Assembly: GCF_000025945.1 (NCBI RefSeq)
Contig: NC_006138.1
Span: forward strand, 2,220,001 to 2,252,000
Reading direction: 5' to 3'
Source of the DNA: Desulfotalea psychrophila LSv54
GTDB taxonomy: Bacteria; Desulfobacterota; Desulfobulbia; Desulfobulbales; Desulfocapsaceae
Length of the DNA: 32,000 nt
Made by a program: the position numbers and the translations under genes. The notes beneath the pieces were generated by a model. That model made no database searches and was not told the origin of the DNA. It worked only from the letters and a program-made list of their open reading frames with translations. Positions 17,436-26,763 of this stretch are shown in pieces (the first letter of the stretch is position 1; each line of letters begins with the position of its first letter).

Positions 17436-17768
17436 ATGCAATTTTGTTCAAGCTGTGGAGTTGTATTGAATCTCTTTGAGTTCCCTGAAAGAGAACTCTG
17501 CTCAAAATGCTTTGAGAAACTGCATGCTACCAATGCAGAAAAAAATGGTGCCTCTACGGCTGTTAAAAAAGAGCGACCATGTGCCTGTTCTCAGGTACCT
17601 GCGGATGCCCTACTTCGTTGTGAAAACGGCAAGATGTCTATCACCACTCAGGACGGAGTGGCTCTCTGGTCTGGAGAGATGGACTCTGCTCACCAAATGC
17701 AAACAATACTGCAACAGGTCGGCCGAATTCACTCCATAAGAAATAAACGAAAAAAGAGCCAAAAGTAA
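17436..17768 (+). CDS. Small zinc-ribbon protein, unknown function
   Basis: 110-aa ORF with CSSC-N15-CSKC at the N-terminus and a basic tail (RNKRKKSQK). It ends 18 nt before the ParA-like gene. The RBS is weak and an overlapping alternative ORF exists (17476..17739). Confidence 0.4.
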   Translation: MQFCSSCGVVLNLFEFPERELCSKCFEKLHATNAEKNGASTAVKKERPCACSQVPADALLRCENGKMSITTQDGVALWSGEMDSAHQMQTILQQVGRIHSIRNKRKKSQK

Positions 17769-17786
17769 GGCAAAGTCAAAACAACA

Positions 17787-18698
17787 ATGGCAATAACTAT
17801 ATCGGTAGGTTCAGGAAAAGGTGGAGTTGGTAAGAGCATTGCTATCAGTAATATAGCCCTTCTTCTTGCCAAGGCAGGTAAAAAGGTCTGTATTGTTGAT
17901 TTTGATATTGGTGGTGCTGATACCCATATCCTCTTTGGTCTGTTTCAGCCCAAATACACCCTTACCGATTTTCTTGATAAAAGGGTCGAGACCATCCAAG
18001 AGACTATTCAGACCATGGATGTCTTTTATGGCCTTCAGCTTATCCCCGGTACAGGTGATACCCTGCAAACTGCCAATATGAACTTTCAACAAAAGCAGAG
18101 ATTGTTGCGAGCAATTGGCGGTATCGATGCCGATGTTATTCTCTTTGATGTGGGGGCAGGCACAAATTATCATACCCTCGATTTTTTCATGGCAACGGAT
18201 ATTCAGATGTGTGTTGCCATGCCAGAACCTACATCCATTATGGATTTCTATACCTTTCTGCAGTTGGCGACAATTCGAAAAACATTGAGCAAGTTTCTCT
18301 CCAGTGGTGATATCAGCCAGAAAATCAAAAATAATCGTTTTAGCAGCCTTGATCAGGCCCTGGAGCTGATAGAGGAGATGGAGCCAGGTGGCCGGCAAAA
18401 GGCCCAGGAGTCATTACGCTATTTTAATCCACTGCTCATCATCAATCGGGTAACCCCCAAGAGCAAGCTTAACCGGGCAAAACTGCATAAAATGGCTAGT
18501 AGGTATCTGGGCATTTACCTGCCTGACCTGGGTGATATTCCCCATGATGAGACAATGTCAGCAGCTCTTAAGGCCTTTATGCCCATAGCTGAATACGACC
18601 CCAAGGCACCTGCCTCTATAGCGTTTCAAACCATCACCCATCGCCTCCTGAAAATTCTTGCCCTTTACGAAAAAAAAGCGGGCAAGAGCGAGCTCTAA
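17787..18698 (+). CDS. ParA/MinD-family P-loop ATPase
   Basis: 303-aa ORF with the deviant Walker A GSGKGGVGKS and Walker B ILFDVGAG. Confidence 0.8.
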   Translation: MAITISVGSGKGGVGKSIAISNIALLLAKAGKKVCIVDFDIGGADTHILFGLFQPKYTLTDFLDKRVETIQETIQTMDVFYGLQLIPGTGDTLQTANMNFQQKQRLLRAIGGIDADVILFDVGAGTNYHTLDFFMATDIQMCVAMPEPTSIMDFYTFLQLATIRKTLSKFLSSGDISQKIKNNRFSSLDQALELIEEMEPGGRQKAQESLRYFNPLLIINRVTPKSKLNRAKLHKMASRYLGIYLPDLGDIPHDETMSAALKAFMPIAEYDPKAPASIAFQTITHRLLKILALYEKKAGKSEL

Positions 18699-18706
18699 GG
18701 ACTCGG

Positions 18707-19720
18707 CTAGAGGGTTAACCAGTGGCCGGCAACATCGACCATTCTATTGGCAAAACCCCATTCATTGTCGAACCAACAGATCATCTTCACTAATTTGCCA
18801 CCACAGACCCGTGTTTGGGTACCGTCAACCACGCAGGATCTTGAGTCTGTATTAAAGTCAACGGAGGCATGGGTTTCACGGGTATAGCCAAGCAGGCCCT
18901 GGAGTTCTCTTTTGGCAACACCTGCGAAGAGATTATTAATATCCTCCACGCTGACATTTTCTTTTAGATTAACCGAGAGATCCATCAGGGAAACATTAAT
19001 CGTTGGCACCCGCAGATGCAGGCATTGAAACTTGCCTTTAAAGGCAGGGTATATTGTCTGCAATCCGTTGGATAGGCCTGTATCAACGGGCACTATTGAT
19101 TGCAGGGCACTTCTGGTCAGACGCAGGTTGGTGTTGTGGTAACTATCAATAACCGGTTGATCATTCATGGCCGAATGGACAGTGGTTATCAGGCCATTTT
19201 CCACCCCAAAATTCTTTTCAAGCAGGTGCAATACGGGCAGAATACAGTTGGTGGTACAGGAGGCATTGGAGACAACCCTGTGTGCTGGCTTTAGCAGTCC
19301 TTCGTTTATTCCAAAAACTACAGTAGCATCCACCTCCTTGCAGCTGGGGTGAGATATCAAAATCCGCTTTGCCCCACTGGCAAGATGAAGTTCCGCCGTT
19401 TCCCGATCATGAAAGGATCCGGAGCATTCAAAGACAAGATCAATATCCAACTCCTTCCAGGGCAGCATGCGGGGATCTTTTTCTCGAAAAATTTCTATCC
19501 GGTCATCATTCACAATCAGACATCCGTTCTCGGAGGAGATTGGCAGAGGAAAGCGACCATGGGTGGTATCGTATTTTGTCAGATACCTTATGGTTTCTAT
19601 GTCCGCTAACTCATTTATAGCAACAACCTTAAAATGCTTGCCCACCTCAGAGGTATAGAGGGCACGTAATACACTCTGCCCAATACGTCCATATCCATTT
19701 ATTGCAATTCGAAAACTCAC
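18707..19720 (-). CDS. epd: Erythrose-4-phosphate dehydrogenase (GAPDH family)
   Basis: Strong resemblance to E. coli Epd as remembered: VVAINELAD, YDTTHGRF, SNASCTTNC, HSAMNDQPVIDSYH, VRVPTINVS, VDGTQTRV, WFDNEWGFANRM. Start moved to GTG at 19720 (MSFRIAINGYGRIG) with AGGA 5 nt upstream. The 22-aa extension to 19786 looks spurious. Confidence 0.8.
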   Translation of the reverse strand: MSFRIAINGYGRIGQSVLRALYTSEVGKHFKVVAINELADIETIRYLTKYDTTHGRFPLPISSENGCLIVNDDRIEIFREKDPRMLPWKELDIDLVFECSGSFHDRETAELHLASGAKRILISHPSCKEVDATVVFGINEGLLKPAHRVVSNASCTTNCILPVLHLLEKNFGVENGLITTVHSAMNDQPVIDSYHNTNLRLTRSALQSIVPVDTGLSNGLQTIYPAFKGKFQCLHLRVPTINVSLMDLSVNLKENVSVEDINNLFAGVAKRELQGLLGYTRETHASVDFNTDSRSCVVDGTQTRVCGGKLVKMICWFDNEWGFANRMVDVAGHWLTL

Positions 19721-20219
19721 AGCAATCCTCACTACAGCAAAAAAAAGAAGTAAACACCCCATCTGCAATGACTGGCAGTAATGCAAAGAGGATCGTAACC
19801 AAAGGCAGATAACGCAGGCAGATAAAAAATCCGTCGGAGACAGGGCCAGAGGTGCTAAAAAAACTTACATAAATTATCACTATTAAGGCTAAAAATCTAG
19901 CAAACAGTGTCTGCCGGGGAAAAATTACAGAGCTCTGCTCTGGGGCGAGCTATCCGCAAAAGCTCAAACCTCTCTTTATAGGTATCCGTAACTCTGTTTT
20001 ATTGTCAGCGCTTTTCAGCCAGGATGTGTAACATAAAAAATCGTGACAAAAAATAACATCCTTATTTTACTATTTCTCATAAAACGTACCGAGGTGGAGC
20101 GTCAAACCGCTATTATTGGTGTTGACGTAGGTACTGGCAAGGGCCGAGCAGTTTCTCGGGGCCTCACTGATAATGCATCAGTAGATGCGAAAAGAGTAAC
20201 AAAATTTAATGGGAGTCAT

Positions 20220-20903
20220 ATGAATACAATCATTAGCCCGAAAGAAATTGCCTTGTATATTGATCACACTCTCCTCAAACCTGAGGCAAGCCCTGCAGCT
20301 ATTCGTACCCTATGCGCAGAAGCTCGTGAGTACTCTTTCAAGACTGTATGCGTCAACTCTTGCTATGTCCCTCTCTGTGTGGAAGAACTTCAAGCTTGCC
20401 CCGTTGATGTTTGCTCGGTGGTGGGGTTCCCACTTGGGGCTATGCTGAGTTCGGCAAAGGCCTACGAGGCAAAACTTGCAGTGGCAGCCGGGGCCGACGA
20501 AATTGATATGGTTATCAATATTGGTCTCTTGAAGGCAGGAGAACTTGAAGCTGTTCGGGCAGATATTGAAACAGTTTTTGCCGCCTGTGGAGAGGCAGAC
20601 CTTAAGGTGATCATTGAGACAGGCCTGCTCAGCGATGCGGAGAAAAAAAGCGTCTGTCAGATATGCAAGGAAGTTGGTGTCGCCTTTGTTAAGACCTCCA
20701 CGGGTTTTGGTCATGGTGGCGCAACCGTTGCCGATGTAGAACTTATGCGTGCTGTTGTTGGTGAGAGATGTAAGGTTAAGGCCTCTGGCGGGGTACGCAA
20801 CCTTGCCGATGCCCGCGCCCTGATAGCGGCAGGAGCCAATAGAATTGGGGCAAGTGCCGGTATCGCAATTGTCAATGGAGAAGAGGTCCCCCCTTCTCGT
20901 TAA
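20220..20903 (+). CDS. deoC: Deoxyribose-phosphate aldolase
   Basis: Start moved to ATG at 20220 (RBS GGGAG). Motifs [27 protein letters not shown] and the Schiff-base lysine context FVKTSTGF. Confidence 0.85.
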   Translation: MNTIISPKEIALYIDHTLLKPEASPAAIRTLCAEAREYSFKTVCVNSCYVPLCVEELQACPVDVCSVVGFPLGAMLSSAKAYEAKLAVAAGADEIDMVINIGLLKAGELEAVRADIETVFAACGEADLKVIIETGLLSDAEKKSVCQICKEVGVAFVKTSTGFGHGGATVADVELMRAVVGERCKVKASGGVRNLADARALIAAGANRIGASAGIAIVNGEEVPPSR

Positions 20904-21144
20904 AAGAAAAACTGATATATATCGGGTGCCCATGGCTGCGGCAGAAGTCCTTCGGCAGTGATGGGTAATCTGTCTTGGCCTTGCCGGCAGATATGAGTGT
21001 ATAATGAATTTGCTGGCCATCGCTGTGCCTTGGCTTGTGGCAAGCAGGTCTGTGCCGGGTATTCATGTACGTATCGGCTTTTTGTCCGAGTTCGAAAGCC
21101 GGACCATGGAAGAGATTATTTAATCACTACCATAGGTGAAAAAT

Positions 21145-22065
21145 ATGAAAAAAATAGCTGTTATCGGCAGTAATATGGTGGACCTTGTCACCTATACTGA
21201 TCGTATGCCAGTAGCTGGTGAGACCCTTGAGGCACCGGATTTTGATCTTGGTTTCGGTGGTAAGGGTGCCAACCAGGCCATCGCTGCCGCAAAACTTGGG
21301 GGTGAGGTCCTGATGCTCTCCAAGGTGGGCGATGATGTGTTCGGTCCCAATACCAGGGCCAACTTTGTTGCCAACGGTATCGATGCTCGCTATGTAGAAA
21401 CCGCCGCAGGTATATCAAGTGGTGTTGCCCCTATCTTTGTTGATGCAAAGGGGCAGAACAGTATCCTCATTGTCAAGGGAGCCAATAAGCATCTCAGTCC
21501 TGTTGATGTGGACCGTGCCATTGATGATATCCGTGCCTGTGATCTCATTGTTATGCAGTTGGAGATATCTCTTGAAACCGTTTACTACGTTATTGAGCTG
21601 GGTCTACGCGAGCATATTCCTGTCCTCCTCAATCCTGCCCCTGCTGTTGCCGGTCTTGATATGGAGAAGATCTGTCAGCTTGATATGCTGGTTCCTAACG
21701 AAACAGAACTTGAAATTCTCACAGGTATGCCTGTGCAGACCCTTGAACAAATTCAAGCGGCGGCAAAATTTTTAATAGATGCAGGTATTAAGAAGGTTAT
21801 TGTGACTATGGGAAGCAAAGGCGCTCTCCTTGTTACAGAAAAAGAGATGACCTCTGTTCCCTGTCCTCAGGTGAAGGCTAAAGATACCAGTGGGGCAGGA
21901 GATGCCTTTATAGGTTGTTTTGCCAAGCACTATGTGGAAGGTGGTGAGCTTATCCCGGCCATGGAAGAGGCTGTAATCTACGCCTCCCTCTCCACCACCA
22001 GACCCGGCACCCAAAAGTCCTACGCCGATATCGACCAGTTCGAGGCATATAAGCGTTTTCTCTAG
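21145..22065 (+). CDS. rbsK: Ribokinase/deoxyribokinase (PfkB family)
   Basis: GGKGANQAIAAAKLG and DTSGAGDAFIG are PfkB signatures. ATG at 21145 has AGGTGA 5 nt upstream. Substrate is uncertain; adjacency to deoC suggests deoxyribose. Confidence 0.8.
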   Translation: MKKIAVIGSNMVDLVTYTDRMPVAGETLEAPDFDLGFGGKGANQAIAAAKLGGEVLMLSKVGDDVFGPNTRANFVANGIDARYVETAAGISSGVAPIFVDAKGQNSILIVKGANKHLSPVDVDRAIDDIRACDLIVMQLEISLETVYYVIELGLREHIPVLLNPAPAVAGLDMEKICQLDMLVPNETELEILTGMPVQTLEQIQAAAKFLIDAGIKKVIVTMGSKGALLVTEKEMTSVPCPQVKAKDTSGAGDAFIGCFAKHYVEGGELIPAMEEAVIYASLSTTRPGTQKSYADIDQFEAYKRFL

Positions 22066-22300
22066 GTGTCTGTCCTTCCCTCTTCCGGCCTCCGGTCTGA
22101 GGGGTACCTCCTCTGCTAAAGACATCAGCTAAGGCGGAATAGTTTTGCCGATCACCTTTGCCACTGAAATAATATCTTTTTTTGCTTTTTCCCTTGCCCC
22201 CCCCTATACTGAAATGGACAGATAACACCTATCTACTGGATAAATGGATGCTTTGTAGCCATGGGCAAAGGGTAGACGATCAGGCAAAGGAGATAAAAAA

Positions 22301-22939
22301 GTGAGCAAATTACTCTACATAGAGGCGTCACCAAGAAAAAACAAATCGTTTTCTACTAGGGTCGCTCAATCCTTTATTAATACATTTCTGGATGCCGATC
22401 CTGCAAACAGGATAGAAACCCTGGATCTATGGGATTTTCCCTTACCGGAAGTTGATGGCAGTTATCTCAGTGCCAAATATAAGATACTTCACTGGCAGGA
22501 TCCAACAGAGGCAGAGGCCCGGGCCTGGACCGAAATTGCAAATATCGTCAGTCAGTTTAAGGATGCAGACAGTTATCTCTTTAGTATTCCTATGTGGAAT
22601 TTTTCTATCCCGTATAAACTCAAACACTTTATTGATATCATTACTCAGCCCGGTCTTACCTTTATGTTTTCTCCAGAATCAGGCTATCAGGGACTGGTAA
22701 CCGGAAAAGCCTGTACGGTAATATATGCTCGTGGAGCCCAATACCGTGGTACTAAGGGAAGCACCCTCGACTTTCAAAAGACATATATGGAGTTGCTTCT
22801 CAGTTTTATTGGTTTTGAAAATATTCACAGCATACGGGTAGAACCCACCCTGACAGACTCTGCGTCCAGGGAGCGGGTCCTGGCTACGGCAAAGCTTGAG
22901 GCAATATCTTTGGCAAAAGAACTCTACTCTCTAATTTAA
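22301..22939 (+). CDS. azoR: FMN-dependent NADH-azoreductase / flavodoxin-like fold quinone reductase
   Basis: 212-aa GTG-start ORF. PMWNFSIPYKLKHFIDIITQPGLTFMFSPESGYQGLVTGK parallels AzoR [33 protein letters not shown]. Confidence 0.75.
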   Translation: MSKLLYIEASPRKNKSFSTRVAQSFINTFLDADPANRIETLDLWDFPLPEVDGSYLSAKYKILHWQDPTEAEARAWTEIANIVSQFKDADSYLFSIPMWNFSIPYKLKHFIDIITQPGLTFMFSPESGYQGLVTGKACTVIYARGAQYRGTKGSTLDFQKTYMELLLSFIGFENIHSIRVEPTLTDSASRERVLATAKLEAISLAKELYSLI

Positions 22940-23010
22940 AGTTAGCCATGGTTCCCCGACAGGGGCTGCCAAGGAGCCATGGCTGTTGTTCTCTGCGTCA
23001 GGCTTCTTTT

Positions 23011-24420
23011 TTAATACTCAAAGGAGGATTTGACTCCCTCCCCCTCATGACGATAGATAATAAAGCGTCGTCCCTTGATCTTTTTGGTGGAAAGTGCCCT
23101 TTCGGCCTCGTCTGCTACGGAACGTTCAATGGCGACATAGGAGTAAAAATCAAAACAGTTGATCTTGCCCACCTTGCTTCCGGCAATGCCCGCATCTTTA
23201 GTCAGGGCTCCCAAAATATCTCCGGGCCTGAGCTTGGTCTTTCGTCCACCGTTGATAGAGAGGGTCACCATCGGTGGCAGGGCTGTTACGCCTTTGCCTG
23301 CCGGAGCAAGCGCCTCGACATCGGAAATCTTAAAGTCAGTGCCCATCAGACGATTAATCTCCTCCAACCTGAACTCTTCGCCAGGCTCCATAAGGGAAAA
23401 GGCCAGACCCTCTTTCCCGGCTCGACCCGTCCGCCCGATACGATGGATATAGACCTCGGACTCAAAGGGAAGATCGACGTTGATTACTGCGCTGAGCCCA
23501 TTGATATCAAGTCCTCGGGCTGCCACATCGGTGGCCACCATGATAGGACTACTGCCGTTGGAGAAACGTACCAGAACTTCTGTCCGTTCTCTCTGGTCAA
23601 GGTCTCCGTGAATGGCCAGGGCCGAAAATCCTTTGGCCTCTAAGGCCTCGGCTATATCCCTGCAGTTCGCTTTAGTATTACAGAAGATCAGGGTGGACTC
23701 AGGCTTATGAGTGGCCAAAATTCTGCTGACAATAGCTGCTTTTTTATCCCATTTGCACTCAAAGAACTCTTGCTGAATTGAGTTTTCCTCGTGCTCTACG
23801 TCGACTATGACCCTTTGGGCCTTATACTGAAATTGTTCACTCAGACGGAGGATCTCATCGGGGAAGGTGGCAGAGAAGAGTAGGGTCTGACGACGCCGGG
23901 GGAGATAGCTTATAATGGCATCAAGGGTATCGGCAAAGCCGATGTCCAGCATGCGATCCGCTTCATCGAGGACCAGGGTGGTGACGTGGTCAAGATTGAG
24001 ACTTTCTCGCTTTAAATGCTGTTCAATACGGCCCGGGGTGCCGACCACAATATGGGCCTGATGTTCCAGAGAGGCCAGTTGAGGCTTGATGGGCATGCCG
24101 CCACAGAGGGTGGTAATTTTGATATTGTGCTTGAAGCGGGCAATACGACGTAGCTCGCCTGCTACCTGCTCCGCCAGCTCACGGGTTGGGCACATCACCA
24201 GAGTTTGGACTCGAAAGAGGCTTACATCCAGATTGTGGAGGAGGCCGATACCGAAGGCTGCTGTTTTGCCTGATCCTGTCTTGGCCTGTGCTAGCAGATC
24301 CTCGCCCTCCAGCACATGGGGCAGACTCTCTGCCTGGATAGGAGTCATTTCATGGTAACCCATGATCTCTAGATTATCGGTCATTGCTTTGCTTAAGGCC
24401 AGTGTAGTAAATGCGCTCAT
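23011..24420 (-). CDS. dbpA: ATP-dependent DEAD-box RNA helicase DbpA (23S rRNA-binding C-terminal domain)
   Basis: 469-aa ORF. Motifs AKTGSGKT, VLDEADRMLD, SAT and HRIGRTGRAG. C-terminal DbpA-type RRM (LSINGGRKTKLRPGDILGALT). Confidence 0.85.
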   Translation of the reverse strand: MSAFTTLALSKAMTDNLEIMGYHEMTPIQAESLPHVLEGEDLLAQAKTGSGKTAAFGIGLLHNLDVSLFRVQTLVMCPTRELAEQVAGELRRIARFKHNIKITTLCGGMPIKPQLASLEHQAHIVVGTPGRIEQHLKRESLNLDHVTTLVLDEADRMLDIGFADTLDAIISYLPRRRQTLLFSATFPDEILRLSEQFQYKAQRVIVDVEHEENSIQQEFFECKWDKKAAIVSRILATHKPESTLIFCNTKANCRDIAEALEAKGFSALAIHGDLDQRERTEVLVRFSNGSSPIMVATDVAARGLDINGLSAVINVDLPFESEVYIHRIGRTGRAGKEGLAFSLMEPGEEFRLEEINRLMGTDFKISDVEALAPAGKGVTALPPMVTLSINGGRKTKLRPGDILGALTKDAGIAGSKVGKINCFDFYSYVAIERSVADEAERALSTKKIKGRRFIIYRHEGEGVKSSFEY

Positions 24421-24739
24421 GGGGTCCTTTAATTATAGAAGCAGACCCCTGCGGGCCCTAGTGGTAAATTTAGCCGGAGATGCCGGCAAACAGAGATGGC
24501 AGATAAATCATATTTTGTCCACAAAAGCCATAGTTAATGCACAGGATCATAGCCAGGAAAGGGCCGGCAAGTCCTCTGAGATGAGGGCAAGAGGTCATAA
24601 TGAGTGACAAAACAGGCCCGCTCTCAGGAAGAAAGAGAGTTAGTTATGATGGAGGGATGGAGAGATGGCCGGGCTTGCGGTAAATAATGTTCCGTTTTGG
24701 CCCTGCCTTACCGGTGAAAAAAATGAAAGGAGAACTACT

Positions 24740-25207
24740 ATGAACGCAAAGATTAAAGAAATGCCGGAGTACAATGTCGCATATGTACGCAAGATGGGGG
24801 CCTATGGCGAAGAAACCTGTAAACAGGCCTTCGCTGAACTGGTGCAGTGGGCGGAGCCGAAGGGCTATCTGCGTTTGGGAACAATACTTGGGTTATATTG
24901 GGATAACCCGGAGACTACCCCGCCCGAGAAATGCCGTACCGATGCCTGTATAACTGTTCCGGACGGAACATTAGCTGAAGGCACGATCGGTGTACAGCTC
25001 ATCAGTGGGGGCCAATACGCCGTCTGCCATTTCGAAATTACGGCAGAAGGTTTTCAGCAGGCATGGAAAGATGCCTTTTCATGGTTTATAGGTAAGGGCT
25101 ATGAGTGTGCTGCTAAACCCTGCTACGAGCTTTTTCATAATAATGGAGAGGAAGATCCTGACGGCAGGTGGATCTTTGACATCTGTATTCCGCTGAAAAA
25201 ATCCTGA
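24740..25207 (+). CDS. GyrI-like small-molecule-binding domain protein
   Basis: Start moved to ATG at 24740 (RBS AAAGGAG). 155 aa. Duplicated beta-alpha-beta-beta layout of the SbmC/AraC-effector-binding type (YVRKMGAY..., YAVCHFEIT..., CYELF). Confidence 0.7.
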   Translation: MNAKIKEMPEYNVAYVRKMGAYGEETCKQAFAELVQWAEPKGYLRLGTILGLYWDNPETTPPEKCRTDACITVPDGTLAEGTIGVQLISGGQYAVCHFEITAEGFQQAWKDAFSWFIGKGYECAAKPCYELFHNNGEEDPDGRWIFDICIPLKKS

Positions 25208-25217
25208 AAATAGACAG

Positions 25218-25252
25218 AGGGTGTCTCATCGCATCCGTCGATTGGACACCCT
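25218..25252. terminator. Hairpin between convergent genes (possible terminator)
   Basis: 8-bp stem AGGGTGTC (25218-25225) / GACACCCT (25245-25252) with a 19-nt loop, then TTT. The geometry is weak. Confidence 0.35.
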
Positions 25253-25266
25253 TTTAATTCAAAAAT

Positions 25267-26271
25267 CTATCCTTGCTCTTCAGTAAGTGTATCCAGGGGA
25301 CTTTGGACATCATGGACATTCTTTTTCATAAGATGGGTGTAGATTTCCGTTGTCTTTACATCCTTATGGCCCAGCAATTTTTGCAGGAGGTGGAGATGAG
25401 TTCCCTGCTCTAAGAGGTGGGTTGCATAACTGTGGCGCAGGGTGTGACAGGTAACATGTTTTTCTATATTTGTCCTGCTCGTGGCGGTTTTTATCGCCTT
25501 CTGCAGGCCTGATTCCATCACATGGTGTCGACGTCTTTTGCCGGAACGTGGGTCCGAGGAAATTTTGCTGGCAGGAAAGAGAAATTGCCAGTTAACATCC
25601 ATGGCCGCGAGTGGGTATTTAAAGGCCACCGCCTGGGGCAGATAGACCTCTCCATAGCCCTCGACTATATCCTCTTTATGTAGCTGTATCACCCGCGATA
25701 CCTGGGCCTGGAGTTGATCGGTGATCAATCTCGGCAGGGGGACAGTTCGGTCATAACCGCCCTTACCTGCATTGACGAAAACGTGGCCCTCTGCAAAAAC
25801 TATATCCTTGACCCTGAGACGAATGCACTCCATTAGGCCTAAGCCACAGCCATAAAGCAATTGCGCCATGAGGAGATGTTGGCCTCGAAGTTGCGAGAGG
25901 AGCTGGCTCACCTCTTCTTGAGTCAAGACAGTGGGTAATTTCAGGTGTCGCTTACTGCGACTAGGTGCAATAGCTGTCAATTCTATTCCCAATACTCTCT
26001 GGAAGAGGAAGGAGATAGCGTTGAGTGCCTGTCGCTGAGTACTTGTTGAGGCGTTTTCATGCTCCTGCAGATAATGCAAATATTCTTCAACTTCAGTTAT
26101 CCCCATTTGTGCTGGCTCTTGTGGAGAGTCATAAAAATTCAAAAAACGAATAATCCATGCACAGTAACTCTGCTCGGTTCGATAGGCATAATTATAATAG
26201 CGTAACACCTCTTGTACCTGTTCCAGCAACCCAAGCTCCGGGTCTGGAATAAACTCTCTGCTACTTTCCAT
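25267..26271 (-). CDS. intI: Integron-type tyrosine recombinase (IntI)
   Basis: Start at ATG 26271 (MESSREF; GAGGTG upstream). N-terminal YRTEQSYCAWIIRF. RHRY catalytic context (HTLRHSYATHLL, LLGHKDVKTTEIYTHL). IntI-specific insertion FKYPLAAMDVNWQFLFPASKISSDPRSGKRRRHHV, compared with IntI1 RKYPRAGHSWPWFWVFA...DPRSGVVRRHH. C-terminal VQSPLD. Confidence 0.85.
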   Translation of the reverse strand: MESSREFIPDPELGLLEQVQEVLRYYNYAYRTEQSYCAWIIRFLNFYDSPQEPAQMGITEVEEYLHYLQEHENASTSTQRQALNAISFLFQRVLGIELTAIAPSRSKRHLKLPTVLTQEEVSQLLSQLRGQHLLMAQLLYGCGLGLMECIRLRVKDIVFAEGHVFVNAGKGGYDRTVPLPRLITDQLQAQVSRVIQLHKEDIVEGYGEVYLPQAVAFKYPLAAMDVNWQFLFPASKISSDPRSGKRRRHHVMESGLQKAIKTATSRTNIEKHVTCHTLRHSYATHLLEQGTHLHLLQKLLGHKDVKTTEIYTHLMKKNVHDVQSPLDTLTEEQG

Positions 26272-26455
26272 CCTTACACCTCTATACAAATACACACAGG
26301 ACACATAGATAAATTCGGACTAGGTGAAATGGCTGATTTTATTCGTCACGATCAGGGGGAGAGAAAACTTGCGACAAGAATACCCCTAATCAGCTATACT
26401 ACACGCTAGCATAATATGGGAGATGAATTACAAAAAATAAAGAAAGATGTAAAGT

Positions 26456-26483
26456 CTCTGTTTTTTTTTGCAAAAAAACAGAG
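26456..26483. repeat. Perfect 12-bp-stem hairpin in the intI-upstream spacer
   Basis: CTCTGTTTTTTT (26456-26467), loop TTGC, AAAAAAACAGAG (26472-26483). Confidence 0.9.
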
Positions 26484-26506
26484 AGAAAGGGATCTCTTTT
26501 TGTCAT

Positions 26507-26520
26507 GGCCTATATAGGCC
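26507..26520. repeat. 14-bp perfect palindrome
   Basis: GGCCTATATAGGCC. Confidence 0.9.
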
Positions 26521-26763
26521 ACACAGAACTTTTCTTAATCGTCTCTTGGACCTCATAAGCTTGTAGCTAACAGTAGCCCGAAAAAAAAGAGATCATTCGA
26601 GCATGCAGAAAGATTAGATATAATAACATATTGTTAGATCAATTTCACAGATAAGGGTATTCTTCTGGTAGTTTCCTCGCATATGGGGGCGCTCAAGAAA
26701 TAGTCCCGAGTATTTTTTGCATCTGATTTTTCCGGGTTGATCAGATAAAAAATAAGGAAGATT

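Noticed and set aside
17811-18398. 195-aa minus-strand ORF
   Set aside because: It is antisense to the ParA/MinD gene. Similar shadows are 20310..21020 (deoC), 15401..15901 (3D lipoprotein), 14850..15350 and 14500..14820 (mutL), 2700..3152 (leuC), 12565..13020 and 12636..12980 (cbpA Gly-rich region), and 28394..28849 and 29808..30395.
19721-19786. 22-codon N-terminal extension of the epd ORF
   Set aside because: The hydrophobic extension precedes the Rossmann start RIAINGYGRIG, which normally sits at the extreme N-terminus. GTG at 19720 has an AGGA RBS.
20135-20150. TGGCAAGGGCCGAGCA as a second sigma-54 promoter upstream of deoC
   Set aside because: The GG-N10-GC spacing is present, but the -12 element is GAGC rather than TTGC, and no activator or enhancer context exists.
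20043-20219. 59-codon extension of the deoC ORF from GTG at 20043
   Set aside because: No similarity to DeoC. The ATG at 20220 has a GGGAG RBS and yields the normal DeoC length of about 227 aa.
22948-23643. 231-aa plus-strand ORF
   Set aside because: It is antisense to the well-supported dbpA gene. Likewise 24086..24358 and 23159..23452.
25218-25252. Hairpin after the small GyrI-like gene as an attC site (inverted-integrase arrangement)
   Set aside because: It has no RYYYAAC / GTTRRRY ends and no extrahelical-base geometry. It looks like an ordinary hairpin between convergent genes.
26633-26639. GTTAGAT as the attI recombination core
   Set aside because: It matches GTTRRRY. However, one such match in about 460 nt is roughly the chance expectation (about 0.45 per strand), and no flanking integrase-binding repeats were evident. 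It is kept only as a note within the integron finding.
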